From Fistulifera solaris (taxonomy: Eukaryota), in contig AP026155.1 in NCBI GenBank assembly GCA_030295235.1, forward strand, positions 186,001-250,000: a DNA stretch of 64,000 nt. The letters are read 5' to 3'. A model generated the notes under the pieces. It made no database searches and was not told where the DNA came from. It worked only from the letters and a program-made list of their open reading frames with translations. This document shows, piece by piece, positions 38,747-49,946 of the stretch (position 1 is its first letter; each line of letters opens with the position of its first letter). A program made the translations under genes and the position numbers.

Positions 38747-38835
38747 GAGTTTTGTACAAGTATCCGATAGGTAACAATGAAACGACAAGATGATTATTTG
38801 AATTTGAAACAAAGATCGGATGAAAAAAATAGGAA

Positions 38836-38870
38836 GGATCAGGGATCGAGGATCGAGGATCGAGGACGAT
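38836..38870. repeat. Short 7-bp tandem repeat (GGATCGA x3 plus degenerate flanks) about 90 bp upstream of the HSF start
   Basis: ggatcag ggatcga ggatcga ggatcga ggacgat. Confidence 0.8.
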
Positions 38871-39300
38871 GCTTGCGAAAAATGAGAGAAGGATGTATGC
38901 TTCCGTTGTCGGTGATGGAAGTTGGAAATTCTGTCAACGGTTCCGACGTTCGTGTACGTTTTTTAGCAGCAACGGAAATGACGAAGAAAGGACGTCGACG
39001 GAAATAAATCCTAAAAATCCTTCTGGGTATAGCAATGAGTGTAGCCCCAAAAGGGAATGCACTGGCAACTGGAAAAGATAGTACCAACAAAATACCATCC
39101 GTGAACTGCAACTCAAGAATAAAGACCAAGCAGGACTAAAAATAAACCTTAACTCTTATGGAACACATCCTCATAATTCTTGGCATCCGTGATCTGCATG
39201 TATACGATGAATGAGCCTTGTCAAATGACTATACAAGTGGCTTATATAGTGCTTCTGCCATCTTCTTTACTGTATATTAATAGTCTCGACTCGCAACACA

Positions 39301-40673
39301 ATGATATGTTTTACTTTTAAGAAGCGACAGACAAGGAACAAAGCCATCTTGGCCCTCCTGACGCTGTGTTTGGCTCCTCGTGTCACGCACACATTACGAC
39401 CCACCGTCGCGGTGATCGGCGGTGGAATCGCTGGACTCAGCTGTGCCGAGAAGCTTTCGCAACAATATTATGATGTCACTGTATTTGATACGGGTCGTCT
39501 TCGAGCCGGAGGGCGATGTGCGTCTCGTTGGCCCGGGGATCAACCCAAGGAAGGGGACCGAAGTCATCATCCGTTTCTTTCGCAATACCGATTCGACCAT
39601 GCGGCACAAGCTATATCCGTTCCGCCGTCCTTCTATGCATTCCAAAACCAAGTGAAAGAGTGGGAATCACGGGGGTTTTGCGACAATTTGCAAAAGGTAG
39701 CATTTATCAAATAGGCAGTGCTCAACCACCAACACCTCTGTCGTCCGACCATCCCTTGTACTTTGCTCCCGACGGCATCAATGCCATTGCCATGGATCTC
39801 ATTGCGAATCGAAAGTTTACTCTACAGCAGGATGTTTGGGTATCTCCGTCGAATGGTGTGAAATGGATAGATAAGTCACAAAAGTGGAGGGTACAAGCAA
39901 AAGGTGAAGTGAGGGGCAACTTTGACTATTTGATTATTGCGCACAACGGGAAATGCGCCGACCGACTCATGTCCAGTTCTCCCGCGAAAGAAATCCATTC
40001 ATTGCTTCGAGTCAACTTTGCTCCGACAGTTCCAGCAAACGGAGGGAATCGAATGACGCTGGGCTCTATTTACAGTTTATCGGTATGCGTAAAATCACCC
40101 TCGATTCTATCCAAAGCGTTGCCGGATAATTTTGTCGCTGGTTTTATTTCAGAAAACTCGAATTTGGGCTTTTTAGTATGTCAAAATCGAAAGCTTGCTC
40201 AGAGTGACACAACCCACGAAGTGTGGACCATTCTTTCGACTCCCAAATTTGCCAAGCGCCACAAAGCTCCCCAAGAATTCATGCCCGAGGAAACAATCGA
40301 GGAAGTTTCGCTGCTACTTATTGCATCTCTGGGAGATCTTTTCGATATTGCACCTGAATCACTACTTTCGGAAGTGGTGGATCGTCGACTGCAATTATGG
40401 GGTGCTGCTATTCCCATGAATGTTTGGAGGAGCAAAGACGGAGCCTTTTTATACGACTGTGAGCACAAAGTCGGGGTTTGCGGGGATTGGCTTTTAGAAC
40501 CTTCTATTGCCGGAGCTTGGACTAGTGGAAGACAATTGGCTGATTTTATGGTAGACGCAAAGGGCGATCTAAAGAAAAACGTTGGTCTTCCAGGCCAGTT
40601 TGTTCGATCAACACGCTCTCAACGGTTGGGCATCACTACCGCGTCAAGAGACCCCGCTAGCAGTAAAGCATGA
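39301..40673 (+). CDS. Renalase-like FAD-dependent oxidoreductase with an N-terminal signal-like segment; frameshift near 39675
   Basis: VAVIGGGIAGL, VFDTGR..GGRCASR, FDHAAQ, QLWGAAIP, VGVCGDW and IAGAWTSG. Confidence 0.85.
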
Positions 40674-41288
40674 GAAATTGAATCATCCTTCGCAGATCCT
40701 CATCTACGATGTTTCATTCACTGTCCATTGAAAGAATGACTAGCAGATTGCACACTGTAAGATCTGTAGATCCTGAACTCTTTAGCTTCATCGATGGAAA
40801 ATTATGCTGTAAGGTGACCAGGTAGCGAAGTCGTTTACGAATGAAACAGGCCATTCCAAAAATAGCAAGCTGAAACTAAAAAAGTCCACTTGACGTTTTT
40901 CAATGATATCATTTCCGCATCTTTTGGTGTAAAACGATGCAACCGATGCGCCGTTAACTTTCGTACAAACAGCTCGTGTCGGCGATCGGATTGTGGTCCT
41001 GACAAACACGTGAAATGTTTCATGTACAATGATCACACTATAAATTATAGTACGAAGAAGCCTTTTCTACGTGCTTGTTTTCCAACAGGACAAACAAAAA
41101 TTGCGGGAAACAACTCTACTATAAAGACCTATTCTCGACACGCGAGCATGTCTCGGACAGCTAGCGATGCCTTGAATCGGCGATCGCCGACGCAATCCCT
41201 CACTTTTCCTCACTTCGAGCCTCTTACCATAAAACTATCGAATCGATTACGGGCCATTGAATTGCTGAAAACGTTTGAAAGCAGAAAA

Positions 41289-42004
41289 ATGAAGATCGCT
41301 AGCATTGCCTTAACCTTTCTTAGCGTTGGAGTAGCCGCCAAGTCCACCGAGGACCACCTTTCCCCTCTCGACGTCTTGGGTGTGCAACTTCCTCCCCGCG
41401 CCCTCCTCTGGAATCGAGAGCTCACGCACACGATTCCCCCAATCATTGCCCCCAAGAACTGTAAATACGAGTTCGAGCATGACTGGGAAAATGGTGTTCT
41501 CCGGGACAGTGTCCACTGTCCCGACTGGTGCGGTGCTGGACAAGATTTCACTCTCTCTGTCCAAAGTTCCGTGAGCGACAATTATGATACAAAGACACTC
41601 ATCGATTGCAAGTTAATTGGTTGCACAGATTGTGGTGATGAGCCAGGAGACTGCCCTTGTCCGATACTTAAATCGTTCGACGAGGTCTGCAGCATGATGT
41701 GTTTTGAAGGAAGTGAAGTTGGGACCGAGCCATCTCCGTCCCTTCGTTCCAGGATGCCTAGCGACATGCCAAGCTCCATGCCATCCGATGCACCTTCAGA
41801 TGCCCCAAGGTAAGCTGCTGCTACTGGTGCATTTGCATTTCGTTCAATTTTTTTATTCTAAAACGTTTCTGTCTTGTCTTCTTCTATGACAGCGACATGC
41901 CGTCGGAAGTATCGGATGGTGTAGTTGGCAGTCCAGAAGATTGGGTTCAATTCTTCCTTTACTTATGGGACACTGCGCAGCAATACTTGGGCAACGGAAA
42001 CTAA
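41289..42004 (+). CDS. Secreted protein with RXL motifs, a 10-Cys domain and short PSD repeats; intron 41810-41892
   Basis: Signal peptide MKIASIALTFLSVGVAA, then RAL and REL, the 10-Cys domain and MPSDMPSSMPSDAPSDAPS. The spliced tail ends ...WVQFFLYLWDTAQQYLGNGN*. Confidence 0.8.
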
Positions 42005-43314
42005 AGGACCTGACATGTTCAAACGCTCCTTGGGATATGGTTTCACTGAGCTCATTCGCTGTTAATATCGTCAAACCAATTCTAGACACTAAAATCGGTA
42101 ATAGTTCATGTTAAATAACAGACGTCTCTCGTATGAAATTGAAATGACATTTGTAGAGAGGCGTCGTGCGCCCGGTCTGTGGCCATGATGACATTGAAAC
42201 GGAATGTTGAGCGATCGGTCACCAAAATCATCCCTTTACAGTTGGTGGTGACATTGCTCTTAATCATTGAACTCAAAATAATTGTTTGGGCGTTTGAATA
42301 CCAAGCAAGGGATTCTTTTGGAATTGCTTACGAGTATCCAGTTTTCAGCCGTAGAGTTACCCGTTTTGTTACTACGACTATCTAATCACATCCAGGGAAT
42401 AGCGAAAAGCATCGGCAAAATCGAGTTGCGCTTCCTTTTTACAAGGTCGCCCATCCGTTCGATCATTAGGCAACAATAGTATCCAATGCAACTTCTTCGC
42501 CTTGTCCATACGAACGGGACGGTTGAATTATTGCCCCTATGGAAGACCTTCCAAAGCTTGAATTCAAGAAGAACTAGCTTTATGGAGATGATGCTGCTGG
42601 TGCAAGTCAGAAACTTTTTATCATTTATTTCGAAGTATTGAGATTAAAACACAAAACGAAAAGTGCATGGAATAATGTGGACGATGAACAGCAAGGTGCG
42701 GGAAAAAGTGTACACTCACGTATGCCCCCGTAGAGAAATGTACCAAGCAGAGGTGAGTTTCCGTGTCTCCTAACAGTCGCTGAACCACCCCACCACGCCG
42801 TCAACCGTCACAAGATACAAGAAAGTCGACTTGCGATGACCAAGTGACGAGGTGACGGGTGACGAAATGGCACATGACCATGACTTTGTTCTCTCCCTAT
42901 ACCATCGAATCCGATATCTCAAGAACTAGTACAGAAATCCTCCTCTAAAAACAACCAATTTCTTTATTCGACTCAAAGGCATTTCATAATTCGTAATACT
43001 GAATTACTGGCCAAACGATAAAGGATGTTTATTCGCAGATTCTCAGTCATTTGTGATCCTATTATTACTTATAGATTATAGCGAAAGGAAAAGAGAAATG
43101 TATCAGTATCGGACGAAGATTGAAGACACAGAAAACGGAGCACAAAGCGGAATCATTGATCGTGTTTGTAAACCAAGGAATCCACATAATTGGACCGACG
43201 ATCATCATCGTTCACTGCAAACTAACTTCAAACAAGCACAAGCACAAAGGACACGAAAAAGACATTAATTAATTAATTGATCAAAGTTCAGAGCTGAACA
43301 CCACCCTCGCGCAA

Positions 43315-44765
43315 ATGATTTGTTTAAATGCTGTTTTTTCTTTAAGCGTACTTGTAATGATTTTTGTCACACATTGCGTCAGTGCCGACGTTTGTTTACT
43401 CGTTTATCAGATGGCAGGTAAGCGGAAATGCAATGCAATGTTCTCCAAAGATTTTGATCTGCTCTGAAAAATTCACCGCTCAATCGCCTAGATAATAATC
43501 TTGAGTCTTTTCTTCGCCATGATAATTTTGAGCTGATCTCCTCCAAGGGAATCAAAGATCCCACATTGACGACATGGGTATATTTTGATGGACGGAATTA
43601 CGGTACTAGCGAGGATATAATAGAACCTTTACGAGAAGTATACTTTTCCGATGGTTCTCCAGTCACCGAGAAAAATGAAGACTCAGCGTACATGACTTGG
43701 AACCACGAAATGCAAAAGATGGTGATAGAGGGCTTCGTCCAAGGGGAACAAAACAGCGATCATCCTCAAACACTCTTTGACTTTCTTTCATACGGTTTAC
43801 GAGATTGTGTGGGGAAAGGTTCCACGGAGTATATGGTTATCATGGCATCTCATGGCAATGGAATGTTTGGTTTTGGTGGTGACGAAAATTATTCGCGACG
43901 CCGGCTTGCGCTATCCAATGGCGACATGACTGTGGCTATGCGAGCTGCACTTGAAAGCGTTGAAGGAGCACCGGAAAAATTTGATGTTATTGGATTTGAT
44001 GCATGCTCCATGCAATCAGTGGATGTCGCTGACGATTTAAGACATGCCACTAAATATCTGCTGGCTAGTGAAGCTGCGGAACCCGCCGAAGGTCCGTTTG
44101 ACTCGCAATACTTTACAATTGCCTTTTGCGCTGGTGACTCACCGAGACTTTTCGATTTGCAGGTTGGACTTACAGTAATATTGACCTAGTCGGCACGGCT
44201 AGCGCTCTCGGCATAGCCAAAAATCTATACAACGATTTCCTTTCTCATTCTTCAGCGGGGGACAACAATACTATTCCAAAACTATTATCCATTGCCGACA
44301 TGGGCAAGTTCTCAAACTTTCTAACCGCTTTTGACTCGTTTTTGAGGAGCTCAATCGAGAAATGATGAGAGATCAGAATGTATACAATATTGTAAAAGGG
44401 CTCACGTCGAGAGCATCGCGTTTGTGGGAGGGAGTGACCCCGTCGATACTGCACTTCCTTCATCTGTCGATGTCGGTAGCTTTTTAGATCAATTCAGACA
44501 TTGGTGTGAGCCGGAAGGAGGAAGTGAATTACACTTGAGACTCCAAGAAGCGGAAGCGTTGTATGCCAGTCAGTTCGTCTCGCGAAATGTTGGCTCGGAT
44601 TCCCCAAGTGCAACAGGCATGTCGATTATGTTTCCGAGGAAACAAATAATGGAGGAAGCCAACACTTTGTACCATCAGCTGCTGGACACCTCTTACCACA
44701 CGTCCACAAAGGACTTGCCCAGGTGGCTCGAGTTCCTCGAAAACTACTACTCGATTACGAGATGA
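43315..44765 (+). CDS. Secreted clostripain-family (peptidase C11, clan CD) cysteine protease; introns 43418-43491 and 44092-44162; homopolymer frameshifts near 44342 and 44396; 3' end may extend to about 44846
   Basis: Exon 1 gives MICLNAVFSLSVLVMIFVTHCVSA-DVCLLVYQMA, splicing to DNNLE. Then TWVYFD, catalytic SHGNG, FGGDEN, FDVIGFDACSM, LLASEAAEPAE|GWTY, VDVGSF and GMSIMFP. Confidence 0.88.
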
Positions 44766-45385
44766 TTGACGGTTCGGTGTGCACGAAGAACCATGGCAAC
44801 AGTGCGAAAGCGTCTCTGAGGGGGGCTCAAAGTTGGCACGGTTGATTTTACCAATAGCTTATCCTTATTTCAACCCAACGTAAAAGAGCATCCGATGGTG
44901 ATGGTGGTGTGGTGATTGCCAGCCCGCCTCGTTTCTCATCGCTTTTACACGTCACAAAGTACTTGGACAATATCGCTATTTGAGTACTATGTAATATGGT
45001 CACATGTCCTTTATTCTGCCTAAACCTCAACGCACAACCGTAAGCGGTGTGACAGTCACTAGCTCGGCTTGCTTTTTATGGTCCCAGATAAATAAGCAAT
45101 TTTTCTATAGGCATTTTGTGTATCATTTAGAAAAACTGGGAGATGGAAATTGAAATCATCGCTTTCTGTGTGAGGTGTTATGGTTTCACATAGTAAAGTG
45201 AAAACCGATTTACTTAGACAATTAACGTCATCTAACGCTTAACTTTACCCGCGAAAAATCAGCGATGTTCCTCTTCTGCGTTGAACTACACTGCTTCACA
45301 TTTCATTCATTTTTGCGTCTTTCAGCAAAACAGGATAAGAGCACGAAAGGTGAAGCACATCCAAGATAGCATTCCTCTCTACAAA

Positions 45386-46975
45386 ATGAAATCCCTTGTT
45401 CTCTTCCCGATTGTAGTGTCCACGGTGTTGGCCTTCGAGCCCGCTGATCCCAAGGAATTGTTACAGGCCCTCGGCTATTCCTTCCCCAGAGGCAACCAAG
45501 GGCACCAAAGGCACTTGCGTGCTCTGAACGCCCCTGCTGTCGCGGTTCCCGATAATTGCGAGTACAAACCAACTCATGAATGGGAAAGCTTTATTCTCAA
45601 AGATGAAATTGTATGTAAGAACTGGTGCGGTGAGGGTGCCGATTTCACTTTGACCGCAACAACGTATCTCGACGAAAACTTTGATGTGTTGGAGTCATTT
45701 GCAGACTGCAGAATCCCTTCCTGTACCGAATGCGGAGATGCAATTGACGACTGTCCTTGTCCACAAGTGTCTACTTTGGATGACATGTGTGGAGCGATTT
45801 GTCCTGCAGGTGACCGAGACTTTACAGCACAAGCTGGAGCAGTGCCCGAAATTTTCCCCGCTCCTCTCGAATCGGATGTACCCTCAGACCTTCCTTCGGA
45901 TACCCCGTCCGATGTGCCTTCTCTAGCTTTGTCCGATGTGCCGTCCGATACGCCGTCTTCGGCGCCATCTATCCTTATCATTGAAGGTGACTTTTCTGCT
46001 CAAGCTGGAGCTGTGCCAGAGATTCTCCCCGCTCCTCTGGAATCAGATGTGCCGTCGGACCTCCCTTCCGATACCCCATCTGATGTGCCTTCTCTAGCTT
46101 TGTCCGACGTTCCTTCCGATACGCCGTCTTCGGCGCCATCTATCATTGCAAATGAAGGTGATTTTTCAGCTCAAGCTGGAGCAGTACCAGAAATTCTCTC
46201 CGCTCCTCTGGAGTCGGACGTACCTTCGGATGTCCCATCGGATACCCCGTCGGATGTACCTTCTCTCGCTTCCTCCGACATTCCTTCAGACACACCATCT
46301 TCGGCACCATCTATCATTGCAAATGAAGGAGATTTTTCAGCTCAAGCTGGAGCAGTACCAGAAATTCTCTCCGCTCCTCTGGAGTCGGATGTACCCTCGG
46401 ATACCCCGTCGGATGTACCATCTCTCGCTTTCTCCGACACTCCTTCGGACACACCATCTTCGGCACCATCTATCATTGTGAACGATAGCGACTTTTCCGC
46501 CCAAGCAGGAGCAGTGCCCGAAATTCTCCCCGCTCCTCTGGAATCGGACGTGCCTTCTGACATTCCATCGGATGCTCCCTCCGATGTTCCCTCTCTTGCT
46601 TTGTCCGACACCCCGTCTGATACGCCTTCTTCGGCGCCATCTATCGTTCGCGGCGAATTGTCTGCACGAGATGTAGGCGTACCGGAAATTCTCCCCGCTC
46701 CGCTTGAATCGGACGTACCCTCCGACCTTCCCTCGGATACTCCGTCTGACGTACCCTCTCGAGCTTTTTCGGACTCTCCTTCGGATATCCCGTCCTCTGC
46801 ACCCTCTACAGTTCCTACCTCCGTTTTGGTGGCTGAACAACCATCGTTTTTAAGCATCTTCGACGCTGCGTCTGTTTCTGATGTCCCAAGCCAGATACCA
46901 AGTGATGTACCCTCCGATTTTCCGAGTGATATAATGTCGTCGATGCCTTCGGACGTACCCACTATTCTCAACTAA
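45386..46975 (+). CDS. Secreted acidic protein with RXL motifs, a 10-Cys domain and six 57-aa PSD-rich repeats (paralog of the 41289 gene)
   Basis: Signal peptide MKSLVLFPIVVSTVLA, then QRHLRAL, a 10-Cys domain collinear with the 41289 gene, and repeats of DFSAQAGAVPEILPAPLESDVPSD...PSSAPS. Confidence 0.85.
   Translation: MKSLVLFPIVVSTVLAFEPADPKELLQALGYSFPRGNQGHQRHLRALNAPAVAVPDNCEYKPTHEWESFILKDEIVCKNWCGEGADFTLTATTYLDENFDVLESFADCRIPSCTECGDAIDDCPCPQVSTLDDMCGAICPAGDRDFTAQAGAVPEIFPAPLESDVPSDLPSDTPSDVPSLALSDVPSDTPSSAPSILIIEGDFSAQAGAVPEILPAPLESDVPSDLPSDTPSDVPSLALSDVPSDTPSSAPSIIANEGDFSAQAGAVPEILSAPLESDVPSDVPSDTPSDVPSLASSDIPSDTPSSAPSIIANEGDFSAQAGAVPEILSAPLESDVPSDTPSDVPSLAFSDTPSDTPSSAPSIIVNDSDFSAQAGAVPEILPAPLESDVPSDIPSDAPSDVPSLALSDTPSDTPSSAPSIVRGELSARDVGVPEILPAPLESDVPSDLPSDTPSDVPSRAFSDSPSDIPSSAPSTVPTSVLVAEQPSFLSIFDAASVSDVPSQIPSDVPSDFPSDIMSSMPSDVPTILN
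45818..46810 (+). repeat. Coding minisatellite of about six 171-bp units (one unit is 159 bp) with nested 12-bp PSDx repeats
   Basis: Unit starts at about 45818, 45989, 46160, 46331, 46490 and 46658. The differences between units are mostly synonymous. Confidence 0.92.
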
Positions 46976-47441
46976 ATCTGTTGATTTTCCTTGAGAAAGT
47001 TTGAATACTCCTTACTAAAAGAGATGAAGTGATGAAACAGACGTTCCGACGAGGACATGCGCGGGCGTGGACTGCTTGCAACTAAGACGAACGCCTTTTT
47101 AATGTGTAATCATGGAGTCATAGAATCCAAAAAGTGTCCAACTAATTCAACAATGTTTTTCGAATGTGCTTGCAACTTGATGCGATTCTAGTCAATATCT
47201 CATTGAGTACGCCATGTTGATGCGTTCCAAGTATTATCGTTTTTAACCGTCGTTTCGCCGATCCACGAGTTGTTGAAAGCGTGCACGACCGCATAAAAAG
47301 TACCATTCAAAAATGTTTTCAGACGTTCCTCTGAACCAGCTGCAAGTGCTTTTTGCGCCACACAATTGTGCAACACTTTGCATCGACGACAAATCGATCA
47401 AGATTGCTTAGGTCGGCGCTTTCTTCTTGACGCGATACGCT

Positions 47442-48050
47442 TCAAAAATACAATCCTTCTCTCGCATGATGTCCCGAGGCAATGAAACCTACCTGCAGCA
47501 TGCGAACCAGCAGAGCAGACCGTGAATAGTATATACCTAAAAATACTTCGGTATCTACAAAATTCCACAATGCTCCAAACGTATGAACGCCATGGGCTGG
47601 TGCTCCGCTATGAGGGTCGATCAGCCAATCTCTCGGGTTGTCCATGGGCGTACGGTGCGTTGTCAATCGATCCGCAACAGCCTGTGAAAAGGCCACGATT
47701 CCATCCAAATTGTACACACGACCTTCGAGATCTTGTTGGCGTAAATACTTGCTCGCACGAATCCCCGAACGATAACCAATCGTACAGTAAAACACTACCT
47801 TCGTGTTGTGAGGAATCGTTCCAGCCCGCCATTCTTTATCGAATTCGGACAGTGTTCTGGCGCCTCGTATCATGGAAACGGCGCGTTCCGGAACTGTTCG
47901 CACGTCTACCAGAATCCAGTCGTTACTATTAATTTCTTGTTGCTGCAACCATTCGTGGCTGCTCAGGGTGGGGACATTGAATTTGCTTTGACACAGTTTT
48001 GCCTGCTTCTGGCACTGTTCGCGACGCTGATTACCGTCATTCATCATCAT
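47442..48050 (-). CDS. Rhodanese-domain protein (3' end possibly affected by a frameshift)
   Basis: ILVDVRT..ERAVSMIRGA, VVFYCTIGYRSG and VYNLDG. Confidence 0.85.
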   Translation of the reverse strand: MMMNDGNQRREQCQKQAKLCQSKFNVPTLSSHEWLQQQEINSNDWILVDVRTVPERAVSMIRGARTLSEFDKEWRAGTIPHNTKVVFYCTIGYRSGIRASKYLRQQDLEGRVYNLDGIVAFSQAVADRLTTHRTPMDNPRDWLIDPHSGAPAHGVHTFGALWNFVDTEVFLGIYYSRSALLVRMLQVGFIASGHHAREGLYF

Positions 48051-48509
48051 TGTGAAATTCTTTTGTTGTTATGATGACTGAAGAGTAATATGATATGACT
48101 TGTTCACAAATAGAAACGTTTCGTGACGAATCATCATTAATTAACGCTTTTCATTACCAGGTACGGAGTATTAATTCGACGTCTCTCGTGACTAAAACGG
48201 CAGAGTCTTGGGGTAAACCAACCTACACTTTGAGGCCATAGTAAACTTACAATTGTTTTTTGCAAGGTGATATTATTCGAAATAGTTTATAAAATAAATG
48301 AAATTGAGGGACGTATTGGAATCTTTTGGTCAGTGCACTTCAATATGAGCAGGTTCTGCTTACAAAGCAAGGAGAAGGAAAGGATATTAGGTAGAATTCT
48401 GTTCCAAAAGGCACCATTGATGACTGGACATAGGCAAAAAATTCTGAGCGAATGTGAATGAATAGTTAAAGGAATGAATGGCAGTGAAATTGATCATCCG
48501 AAAGAGGTA

Positions 48510-49946
48510 CTATTTCTGCTTTTGACTCGGTTTCCGTGACGCGGGCACTGGTATCTGGCAAAGCTTTGCGTATTGCTGGTGTTGCTTTCGTCGTCTCATC
48601 CACACCAAAGCAATTAGTACAATCAAACATACCCCGGAAACCCATGCACTAATCGAAGAAAAGGTTCGTTGGTTCGCTTCTATGGCACGTGGCTGCAGTC
48701 TAGCTCGCAATTGTCGCAAAAACGCATCCCACGAGCGAGTATCGGCAATTAGGTTGTAGGCCGGGTTTTCCCATTCCGTGAAACCATGATATACATTGGC
48801 ATACCTTGAAATCTCCCACTCATCCGCTGCCTGCAAAGCACTTTCCAACACGCTTTGGTTACCGTGGGCATCATCCGAGCCACCCGACAAGACAAGAACA
48901 TAAGGATGGATAGGAGATACCCGATCCTGCGATGGCAAATACTTGGGTTGCAACCCCCATGAAACGCTGCGGCAACTTGCAGACCCGGTTGTGTCCGTTT
49001 CAACACGTACTGAATCACACCCGTACCCCCGAAACAATATCCCGCCAAACCCAACCGCGTTGGATCCACAAACGGTAAGCTCGCGACGTAATCCAGGGCA
49101 TGTTGAATTTTCTGCAAATATTCGTCGACATGTGTTTCGCGATAATACGTTGACTGCTGGATCATTTGTTGCAACGTCAAGTTGTGATGCAAGTCCTTGC
49201 CGTAAATATCCGCCGCCATGGCCACAAAGCCTTCGTCGGCTAGTAACTGAATGCGTTGCTGCTCGTACAAATTGACGCCATCCCAGTTGGGAAGCAGAAT
49301 AACGGCGGGATGGCGCCGGTTGTGGGACGACGATGGTACAGCGAGATATCCTTCCAGAAGAGGATCTGTGGTAGGATACGAAACCGTCTGTATCCTAAAT
49401 ACATCGTGGGAGGGTATTTGCTTCACAGGAGGATCCCACGCCTGCTGAAAGAAATGCATGAGATTGTCCCATGGTATGTCGGTAGATTGATAGCGCGTGA
49501 TTTCCCAAACCAAATCGTTATGATTCTTGAGCATATCTTCCATTTGCATGATTTTCAAGGCCGGATATTGCTCATAATGTGATAAAACTAAAAGGTTTGT
49601 CGCACGTATGTTTTGAATCCAGCCATCCGAGGGCGGCTTCACCAAAGCAACGACGGTGGGTTGAGCGCAAGCGACAGCAGCGGCTTCCGTGCCGTACGCG
49701 ATGACACCTTTCACTTGACTCTGAATGTGTTGAGGAATCTCCCACTGTGAATCAGAGTTTACTTCAACAACGTACAAAGCGAAATGTGCAGATAATTCTT
49801 TCGTCGAAAGGATCTCCCTGATGTGCAATTTTCATGGACCTTAGGGCAAAAACGAAAGGCCAAACATGGGGGGAACGACAGCGCTTTCACTTACGACGAC
49901 GACGACGAGACCAAAAGAACGATAAGAGGAGCGGTAAGATCCTCAT
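48510..49946 (-). CDS. Dienelactone hydrolase-family alpha/beta hydrolase with a C-terminal TM anchor; 5' structure uncertain; frameshift near 48957
   Basis: PAVILLPNWDG, GFVAMAADIYG, nucleophile motif GYCFGG, AAFHG, LSGGSDD and YHGFT, then TM WVSGVCLIVLIALVWM followed by RRRK. Confidence 0.85.

Noticed and set aside
42100..43300. Short ORFs in the gap upstream of the C11 protease
   Set aside because: No motifs or splice-supported model, so I treated it as intergenic.
45818..46810. Regularly spaced repeats as a possible CRISPR array
   Set aside because: There are no unique spacers and no cas genes. It is an in-frame coding repeat in a eukaryotic gene.
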